From NCBI GenBank assembly GCA_938084645.1, contig CALKEP010000052.1, positions 19,340 through 83,339 on the forward strand: a DNA stretch of 64,000 nucleotides, written 5' to 3'. Both the position numbers and the translations under genes were made by a program. The notes below the pieces were generated by a model. It had not been told where the DNA came from, ran no database searches, and was given only the letters and a program-made list of their open reading frames with translations. Position 1 is the stretch's first letter; each line of letters begins with the position of its first letter. Positions 56,938 through 64,000 of the stretch are shown here, in pieces. This stretch comes from an uncultured Phycisphaerales bacterium. Its GTDB lineage: Bacteria > Planctomycetota > Phycisphaerae > Phycisphaerales > SM1A02.

Positions 56938-58467
56938 ATGTCCCAGCACGGCACCGCGATCGATCGCGGTCTTCTCGACGGCCCGCCTGCGAACCTGATC
57001 GACGGTCGGTTCCATCCGCTTCCCGAGGGCGACGTGATCGCGTCGCGCAATCCATCCGCGCCCGACCAGGTCGTCTGGCGGGCCGATGAACGACTCGCCG
57101 ACGTCGATGCCGCGGTCGCCGCGGCCCGGGCGGCACAGCCGGCGTGGAATGCGCTCGGCCGGGAGGCCCGAGAGGCGATTCTCCGCCGCTGGCAGGAGGT
57201 CACCCGGGAGCGTGCTCCGCGAATGGCCGAACTCATCACGCTCGAGATGGGCAAGGTGATGTCGGAGAGTCGATTCGAGGCGAACGCCCTCGCCGGCAAG
57301 GTCGACATCACGCTGGGTGAGCATTCCGCCGGCCGGATCTCGGACTACGAGGTCGCGGCGGGCGAGACGAAGTCCGGCCACTGCCGGTACAAGCCCCACG
57401 GGGTCATGGCGGTCCTCGGGCCGTTCAACTTCCCCGCACACCTTCCCAACGGTCACTTCGTCCCGGCGCTTCTCGCAGGCAACGCGGTCATCCTCAAGCC
57501 CAGCGAGAAGACCCCCGGCGTCGGTCAGGCCCTCGCGGAGATGGCGGTCGAGGCGGGGGTGCCCGCGGGCATCTTCGGTCTCGTGCAGGGCGGCCCCGCG
57601 GTCGCCGCCTCGCTTTCCGGCCATGACGGCGTCGACGGGGTCCTGTTCACCGGCAGCTGGCCGGTCGGCCGGCGGATCCTGGAATCGAATCTCGACTCGC
57701 CCGGACGCATCGTCGCGCTCGAACTCGGGGGATCGAACCCGTCGGTCGTGATGCCGTCCGCGGATCTCCGGCAGGCGGTCACCGAGTGCGCCCGGGCCGC
57801 GTTCGCCACCAGCGGCCAGCGGTGCACCTGCACCCGGCGGATCATCCTTCACGCGGACATCGCCGACGGGTTTCTCAACGCGTTCTGCAAGGTGGCGAGC
57901 ACCATCGTGGTCGGCCCCGGCGATTCGGAGGATCCCGTCTTCATGGGGCCCGTCGTCAATGCCGCCGCGGTCGACGACGTGCTGGCGTTCCAGTCGGATC
58001 TGCACGCCTCGGGCGGACGGATCCTCGTCGAATCCTCGCGCATGGACCGTCCCGGGCACTTCGTCACGCCCGGGGTGGTGCTGGTCGACGGCTTCAGCGT
58101 CGATCGGGATCGCGAGTGCTTCGGTCCCCTGGTGCAGGTCACGATCGTGGAGTCGCTCGACGCCGCGATCGAGCAGGCGAACGCGACCCGGTACGGACTC
58201 GCCGCCTCGATCTTCACCGGCGATGACGCCGAATGGGATCGATTCTTCGATGAATGCCGATCGGGTTGCATCAATCGCAACACCGGAACCGCGGGGGCGA
58301 GCAGCATGCTTCCCTTCGGTGGTCTCGGCCACAGCGGAAACCACCGGCCCGCCGGCGCGTTCAGCGTCGACTACTGCGCCTATCCCGTCGCGAGCATGGT
58401 CGAACGAGGTGGCGCCGCGGCCCCGCCCGCGGGCATGCTGGTCGAGGACGGCTGGTTCGACGCCTGA
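56938..58467 (+). CDS. astD: Succinylglutamate-semialdehyde dehydrogenase
   Basis: KPHGVMAVLGPFNFPAHLPNGH, FTGS, ALELGGSN, GQRCTC, SGNHRPAGAFSVDYCAYPVAS. Confidence 0.92.
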   Translation: MSQHGTAIDRGLLDGPPANLIDGRFHPLPEGDVIASRNPSAPDQVVWRADERLADVDAAVAAARAAQPAWNALGREAREAILRRWQEVTRERAPRMAELITLEMGKVMSESRFEANALAGKVDITLGEHSAGRISDYEVAAGETKSGHCRYKPHGVMAVLGPFNFPAHLPNGHFVPALLAGNAVILKPSEKTPGVGQALAEMAVEAGVPAGIFGLVQGGPAVAASLSGHDGVDGVLFTGSWPVGRRILESNLDSPGRIVALELGGSNPSVVMPSADLRQAVTECARAAFATSGQRCTCTRRIILHADIADGFLNAFCKVASTIVVGPGDSEDPVFMGPVVNAAAVDDVLAFQSDLHASGGRILVESSRMDRPGHFVTPGVVLVDGFSVDRDRECFGPLVQVTIVESLDAAIEQANATRYGLAASIFTGDDAEWDRFFDECRSGCINRNTGTAGASSMLPFGGLGHSGNHRPAGAFSVDYCAYPVASMVERGGAAAPPAGMLVEDGWFDA

Positions 58468-58492
58468 TCGGGTCCACCGTGGGAGTCCACTC

Positions 58493-59230
58493 GTGAACGA
58501 ATCGATCGACACCTCCTCGGGCCGCGCCCGAAGCACGGTGGCGATCGTGGTGCCGGCCTGGAACGAGGCGGGCGTGATCACGGAGACGGTGTCGGTGCTG
58601 CAGGCGGGACTGGAGGAGCTCGGGCGATCCGGCGAGGTGGTCGTGGTCGACGACGCGAGTCAGGACGACACCGCGGCGCTTGCGGCCGCCGCGGGGGCCC
58701 GGGCGGTGCGGGTCGAGAAACGGCACATCGCGGCGGTTCGGAACGCCGGTGCGGCCGCCACCGACAGCGATCTTCTGGTCTTCGTCGACGCCGACACCAT
58801 CGTTCCGAGCGAGACGCTTCGAACGCTCCTGGCGACCGTCGAGGACGGTGCCGCGATCGCCGGGCCGCGGGTGGAGATGCCCGGCGTGAAGTCCGCGGTC
58901 TCACGGATCTGGACGTCCACGCTGCTGTTCCTGCTGGGCGTCGCGGGCGTGTTGCCGGGATGCTGCCTCGTCCTGCGTCGGTCGACGTTCGACGCCGTCG
59001 GCGGCTTCGACGAGCAGTGGTATGCCAGTGAAGAGGTCTGGTTCGTCCGGGCGGTCCGCGCCCTCGGGCGGGGGCCGGCGGTCCGGATCGACGCGCCGGT
59101 GCTCACCTCGCCGCGCAAGGCGAACGCGGTGGGACCGTTGCGGCTCGTCTGGCAGACGCTTTCGATCGGACTCGCGGGTCCGGGTCGCTGGCGACGTCGG
59201 GCGCGACTGGGTTTCTGGTACGAACGCTGA
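58493..59230 (+). CDS. Glycosyltransferase family 2
   Basis: IVVPAWNEA, VVDDASQD, FVDAD, VGGFDE. Confidence 0.9.
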   Translation: MNESIDTSSGRARSTVAIVVPAWNEAGVITETVSVLQAGLEELGRSGEVVVVDDASQDDTAALAAAAGARAVRVEKRHIAAVRNAGAAATDSDLLVFVDADTIVPSETLRTLLATVEDGAAIAGPRVEMPGVKSAVSRIWTSTLLFLLGVAGVLPGCCLVLRRSTFDAVGGFDEQWYASEEVWFVRAVRALGRGPAVRIDAPVLTSPRKANAVGPLRLVWQTLSIGLAGPGRWRRRARLGFWYER

Positions 59231-59730
59231 CCGGGAATTCCCGACCGCGAGTCGGGGGATCCCGCTTCGCGAGACCGTCGGCATCGATTGGGGTCGATGC
59301 CCCATGGATCAAGGGGCGGAAACAAACGATAGTTCCTGCATGCCCGTTTCGTGCGATCGGGTCCGGTCCGGTCTCGATGCTTCGACGGTTCTCCGGGGGG
59401 CGACCGTCGAGGAATCACTGGGCGGGATCCGACCGCACGGGCGGCACAAGTCGGTTCTTCGTTCGCAACGACGGGGCCCTTCCGGGAATTTCGGGAACAC
59501 CGTCGAGCAGGGCGTGATGATCGGTCGTGGGGCAGCGACCGACGCTTCGTCCGGGTTCGAAGGTGGGAATCCGCCGAACGAGGAGCGACGGGAATTGGGA
59601 CGACGCGGCGCGGATCTCCGGATCCGCGTCGTGTGTTTTTGGGGCGTGGCGCATCCGCCGCGCGAGTCACGTCCTCATTCAACCGGCGGGCCGCCGAGTT
59701 CGGCGGACCGCGTGGTCGTGTCGGGCTCGA

Positions 59731-61278
59731 TCACTCCGCGGCGGGGGCGCCGTCGATCTTGTCGGCGAGGAAGTCGGCGACCCGGTCGATGGCGATCCGC
59801 TCCTGCGACTGGGTGTCGCGTTCGCGGACCGTCACCGCGTGGTCGGTGAGGGAGTCGCCGTCGACGGTGAAGCAGTAGGGGGTGCCGGCCTCGTCCATGC
59901 GGGCGTAGCGCTTGCCGATCGACTGCTTGACGTCCATGTCGACGGTGTACTTCCGGCGAAGTTCCTTATGGAGCTTCTCGGCGACTTCGGGCATGCCGTC
60001 CTTCGCGACCAGCGGGAAGATCGCGGCCTTGACGGGTGCGACCCTCGGGTGGAACTTCATGAAGACCTTGGACGCCCGGCTTTCGTCGGGGGTGTAGGCC
60101 TCGCAGAGGAGGGCGAGCGTTCCACGGTCCGCACCCGCGGACGGTTCGATGACGTGCGGGAAGTACCGCTCGTTCTTCTCCTGGTCGAAGTACCGCATCT
60201 TGTCGCCCTTGCCGCAGTGCTCGGCGTGCTGGCGCAGGTCGTAGTCGGATCGATGGGCGACGCCCTCGAGTTCGCCGAAGCCGGGTGCGGTGAAGGGGAA
60301 CCGGTACTCGATGTCGCAGGTGCCGGCCCCTTCCTTGGCGTAGTGGGCGAGCTCGCCGCGATCGTGCTCGCGGAGGATCAGGTTGTCACCGGCGAGGCCG
60401 ATCTCCTTCCACCACGCGTACCGCTGTTCACGCCACCAGGCGTACCAGTCCTCGGCTTCGCTGGGATGGATGAAGAACTCGAGTTCCATCTGTTCGAACT
60501 CGCGACTCCGGAAGGTGAAGTTCCGCGGGGTGACCTCGTTGCGGAACGCCTTGCCGATCTGGGCGATGCCGAACGGCACCTTCACCCGGCTCGAATCGAC
60601 GATGTTGTTGAAGTTGGTGAAGATCCCCTGCGCGGTCTCGGGCCGCAGGTAGGCCTTCGAGTTCTCGTCGCGGATCGCCCCGCAGTGGGTCTCGAACATC
60701 AGGTTGAACATCCGGGGCTCGGTGAGGGTCCCGGGTTCCTTCGCGTCGGGGCCGACCGAGATCGCCCGCTCGTCGGCGGAGAGATCGGTGAACGGGCAGG
60801 TGTCGATCTCCTCGTCGGCGACGGTGCGCTTCACGTACTTGTCGAGCTTCTTGCGGGCCTTGGCCGTGCTGTCGTCGTCGCCTTCGATGCAGACGAAGAT
60901 GCGTCCGCTGGTGTCGCCCTTCACGCCGAGGCAGACCAGGTGGTCGGCCCGGTAGCGGGACTTCGACTCCTTGCAGTCGACCATCGGATCGTTGAAGCCG
61001 CCGACGTGGCCCGAAGCGACCCAGGTCTTCGGGTTCATGATGATGGTGCAGTCGACGCCGACCACCTTGACGTTCGCACCGGTCGGGCCGGTCGCGTCGC
61101 CGTGGACGATGTCCGCCCACCAGGCGTCCTTGAGATTCCGCTTCAGCTCGACGCCGTTGGGGCCGTAGTCCCAGAAGCCGTTGATGCCGCCGTAGATCTC
61201 GGAACTCTGGAAGATGAAGCCTCGTCGTCGGCAGAGGGCGACGATGTCCTCCATGCGCTTGGTGGTCGTTTCGCTCAT
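59731..61278 (-). CDS. glyQS: Glycine--tRNA ligase (alpha2 type)
   Basis: SSEIYGG, YLRPETAQGIF, GKAFRNEVTPRNFTFRSREFEQME, IEPSAG, SIGKRYAR. Confidence 0.98.
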   Translation of the reverse strand: MSETTTKRMEDIVALCRRRGFIFQSSEIYGGINGFWDYGPNGVELKRNLKDAWWADIVHGDATGPTGANVKVVGVDCTIIMNPKTWVASGHVGGFNDPMVDCKESKSRYRADHLVCLGVKGDTSGRIFVCIEGDDDSTAKARKKLDKYVKRTVADEEIDTCPFTDLSADERAISVGPDAKEPGTLTEPRMFNLMFETHCGAIRDENSKAYLRPETAQGIFTNFNNIVDSSRVKVPFGIAQIGKAFRNEVTPRNFTFRSREFEQMELEFFIHPSEAEDWYAWWREQRYAWWKEIGLAGDNLILREHDRGELAHYAKEGAGTCDIEYRFPFTAPGFGELEGVAHRSDYDLRQHAEHCGKGDKMRYFDQEKNERYFPHVIEPSAGADRGTLALLCEAYTPDESRASKVFMKFHPRVAPVKAAIFPLVAKDGMPEVAEKLHKELRRKYTVDMDVKQSIGKRYARMDEAGTPYCFTVDGDSLTDHAVTVRERDTQSQERIAIDRVADFLADKIDGAPAAE

Positions 61279-61444
61279 CGGTGTCGGGCTCGGGTGTGGG
61301 CCATGGCGGGGGGTGAATCGGATCGCGGAAGCCGAACATGGTAGCGGGTAGGATTCGCAGCCCGGCGGCGGGCGTCGAGGACGTCCACCAGGAACGCCGG
61401 ATTCCCACCCCCTCGCCAGCGACCCCGCGTCCGGAGCTCCGACC

Positions 61445-62143
61445 ATGCCCTTCACCAATCGCCCCTGTCTGGTCACCGGCGGAACCGGCGCCCTCGGCTC
61501 CGAGGTCGTCCGTGACCTTCTCGAGCACGGGGCCGAGGTTCACGTCACCTGGCGGGACGCTCGCGAGCTCGATCGCATCGATTTCAAGGACCACGTCACC
61601 CTGCACGAGGTCGACCTCGGCGACGAGGCGTCGGTGACGGCGATGTACGCCAAGGCCGGGCCGATCTACGCGTCGATCCACGTCGCGGGCGGCTTCGCGA
61701 TGGGACCGATCGAGGACGTCACCCAGGCTGACTTCGAATCCATGATGCGACTCAACGCGGGGACCTGCTTCCTCTGCTGCCGGGAGGCGGTCAAGGCGAT
61801 GCGGGCCGCGGGCCGACCGGCGGAGGATGGCGGCCGGATCGTCAACGTGATCGCCCGACCCGCGATCGAACCGGCCGGCGGCATGCTGGCGTATTCGACC
61901 AGCAAGGCCGCGGTCGCGAGTCTGACCCAGTGCCTCGCGAAGGAGGTGGTCGACGACGGCATTCTCGTGAACGCGGTCGCCCCGTCGATCATGGACACGC
62001 CGGCGAACCGAGCGGCCATGCCGGACGCGGATTTCGACGCGTGGCCGAAGGTCGAGGAGGTCGCGCGAACCATGGTCTGGCTGGCGAGTCCGGCGAACGC
62101 CCTGACCACCGGGACCCTGGTCCCGGTCTACGGACGCGCCTGA
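61445..62143 (+). CDS. Short-chain dehydrogenase/reductase
   Basis: TGGTGALG, YSTSK, NAVAPSIMDTPANR. Confidence 0.93.
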   Translation: MPFTNRPCLVTGGTGALGSEVVRDLLEHGAEVHVTWRDARELDRIDFKDHVTLHEVDLGDEASVTAMYAKAGPIYASIHVAGGFAMGPIEDVTQADFESMMRLNAGTCFLCCREAVKAMRAAGRPAEDGGRIVNVIARPAIEPAGGMLAYSTSKAAVASLTQCLAKEVVDDGILVNAVAPSIMDTPANRAAMPDADFDAWPKVEEVARTMVWLASPANALTTGTLVPVYGRA

Positions 62144-62480
62144 GCCCGCTCGTCCGCAGGCGCGACGCCTCGACGCTTGGCGATCACCGCGATACACGCG
62201 GACGCCCTCGTCGGATGATCGGCCCTCAGGCCTCTCGCGATTCCGACGCACGCACCCCAACGTCTTCGTGCGCCGAGCGATTCTCGGATGAATTGATGCG
62301 CAACATTCGCGGGTCCTTGTTAATCTCGGACCGAACACCGTGAATCTCTTCCGAAGTTTTCGGTAACTCAGCGTTTTCGCATCAATCCGCGACGCACTGT
62401 GACCAACGACTGTTTTTCGTCTCGATTTACCGACCAACATGTCAGCCCAATGACCGGGATGACAAGATGAGGAGAGAGAA

Positions 62481-63626
62481 ATGCCGAACCACAACAACAA
62501 GATCAACCAATGTGCATCCGTTCTTTTTGCGGGGAAGCGTCTGGCGGGGAAGGCCGCAGCCCTGCTCGCCCTCTGCCTGCTGGCGTGGTTTTCTCCGGCG
62601 ACGGCCGAAGCCGGCAGCACCACCCACAACGTCCGCGTGAACGGCGACATCCAGGCCGCGATCGATGCGGCCAGCAACGGCGACACGATCCAGCTGGCGG
62701 CGGGACAGTACGACATCACGACCACCATCGATCCGGGTGGTAAGCAGGTGACGATCATCGGCACGGTGGACGGCAACGGTGATCCGACCAGCGTCCTCGA
62801 CGGCGGCAACCCCGGCAACCCCGTGGGTGGGACCAGCGGCGTCCGGGTGCTCATCTGTCAGAACGGCGAGACCAGTACGACGGTCTTTCAGAACCTGGTG
62901 ATCCAGAACGGTCTCGCCGCCGCAGGCGGCGGAATGTACAACAACGACAGCACCCCGACCCTGACCAACTGCACGTTCACGGGTAACTCAGCGAAAGTCG
63001 GCGGCGGAATGTGCAACGACGACAGCTACCCGACCCTGACCAACTGCACCTTCACGGTCAACTTGGCCTTTAGCGACGGTGGCGGGATGTACAACGCCGC
63101 TGGCAGCAGCCCGAATCTGGCTGACTGTGTGTTCACGAGCAACTCGGCCTTCGAGGGCGGCGGGATGCTCAACAAAGACTCCAGCAGCCCGATCCTGACC
63201 AACTGCAGGTTCGCGACCAACACCTCGGGCCGTGACGGCGGTGGGATGTACAACCGCTCCAATAGCAACCCGACCCTGACCGGCTGTGCGTTCACGAACA
63301 ACACGGCCGATGACGACGGCGGTGGTATGTACAACAACGGCAGCAGTCCGACCCTGGCCAACTGCAGCTTCTGCGGCAACGTCGACGGCTCGGGATTCAA
63401 CAGCATCAGCGGCGATGCGATCAACGGCTCGAGCAGTGGGAACAACCTGCTCGACGTGGCATGTGTCTTCGGCGACATCAACTTTGACGGGGTCGCGAAT
63501 CTCGCGGATCGAACCCCCTTCAACACGTTGATCGGCGTCTGCGACGCCGACATCAACGGCGACGGTGAAGTGAACGGTGCGGACATGGCCTTCATCCTCA
63601 GCTGGTGGGGCCCGTGCGTCCCGTGA
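62481..63626 (+). CDS. Secreted right-handed beta-helix (pectin-lyase/PMP-like repeat) protein with C-terminal dockerin-like EF-hand domain
   Basis: Signal peptide, IQAAIDAA..GDTI, six GGGM(Y/C/L)N...PTL.NC.F..N repeats, GDINFDG / ADINGDGEVNGAD..ILSWWG. Confidence 0.88.
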   Translation: MPNHNNKINQCASVLFAGKRLAGKAAALLALCLLAWFSPATAEAGSTTHNVRVNGDIQAAIDAASNGDTIQLAAGQYDITTTIDPGGKQVTIIGTVDGNGDPTSVLDGGNPGNPVGGTSGVRVLICQNGETSTTVFQNLVIQNGLAAAGGGMYNNDSTPTLTNCTFTGNSAKVGGGMCNDDSYPTLTNCTFTVNLAFSDGGGMYNAAGSSPNLADCVFTSNSAFEGGGMLNKDSSSPILTNCRFATNTSGRDGGGMYNRSNSNPTLTGCAFTNNTADDDGGGMYNNGSSPTLANCSFCGNVDGSGFNSISGDAINGSSSGNNLLDVACVFGDINFDGVANLADRTPFNTLIGVCDADINGDGEVNGADMAFILSWWGPCVP

Positions 63627-63694
63627 GTGATGAGTGATCCGCCCGACGATCTTCCGATTTTGAAGACTGAAAATCGAGCAATGACAATGATGAC

Positions 63695-63752
63695 GAACCC
63701 AAGAGTGCGGACCACAAGAATACGGACCACAAAAATGATGACCAAGAGAACC
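63695..63752 (+). repeat. Degenerate 15-bp A-rich tandem repeat
   Basis: gaacccaagagtgcg / gaccacaagaatacg / gaccacaaaaatgat / gaccaagagaacc. Confidence 0.6.
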
Positions 63753-63760
63753 AAAAAACC

Positions 63761-64000
63761 ATGATCGATTCAACGATCATTGTTACCAATCGCCGACCGG
63801 CGATCTCTTTCCCGGGGTGTCGTCACTTCGGCCTGCTTGCCGGTCTGGCGGCCGGTCTGGTCGCGTGCCTCGGCACCGCGGCGACCGCGGGCACCGTGAC
63901 GACCATGTCCTTCACCGCGGACATGTACCGGGTGGATGGCAGCGGCAACACGGTCTCCAGCGGTGCGGGCACCTACGGCGTCTTCGACGTCTACGCGTCG
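63761..64000 (+). CDS. Partial secreted protein (N-terminus only)
   Basis: MIDSTIIV...GLLAGLAAGLVACLGTAATA-GTVTTMSFTADMYRVDGSG..., open to the window end. Confidence 0.7.
   Translation, partial: MIDSTIIVTNRRPAISFPGCRHFGLLAGLAAGLVACLGTAATAGTVTTMSFTADMYRVDGSGNTVSSGAGTYGVFDVYAS

Noticed and set aside
59231..59730. 500-bp convergent gap with one GCCCC-ATGGATCAA-GGGGC hairpin as a second CsrA sponge
   Set aside because: A single weak site and no clear terminator; consistent with chance.
63695..63752. Short repeats as a mini-CRISPR
   Set aside because: 15-bp tandem period with no spacers; degenerate.

Overview
A GC-rich (roughly two-thirds G+C by eye) bacterial chromosome segment of mostly core genes, probably from a Planctomycetota (Phycisphaerales-like) genome. 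That assignment is inferred from gene content and from the secreted beta-helix/dockerin-like protein at the right end. Recognisable genes: mutS, ileS, rpsD, purF, lpxA, lipB, lepA, a zinc-less fpg/mutM, rimO, aroB, mraZ, csrA, dapF, astA, astD and an alpha2-type glyQS, plus tRNA-Ala(CGC) and tRNA-Glu(TTC). No CRISPR array, rRNA, transposase or integrase was seen. The best candidate for an undescribed system is a ~400-nt non-coding stretch between an orphan mraZ and a convergent csrA. It carries three stem-loops with the identical CA-AGGA-UG apex (the CsrA-binding consensus), a fourth AUGGA loop and an intrinsic terminator, and looks like a CsrB/RsmZ-type sponge RNA outside Gammaproteobacteria. 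Other notable signals: a ParA-CBM48 fusion paired with a Walker-A-less FlhG/MinD-like protein; an HpnG-like phosphorylase-NadD fusion; AroB fused in frame to a membrane-anchored domain; a JAB-like exported protein; a dapF-linked partial AST operon; loss of zinc-ligand cysteines in several housekeeping proteins; and TANNNT boxes 6-8 nt before start codons that suggest leaderless mRNAs. All calls come from reading motifs; no database search was run.
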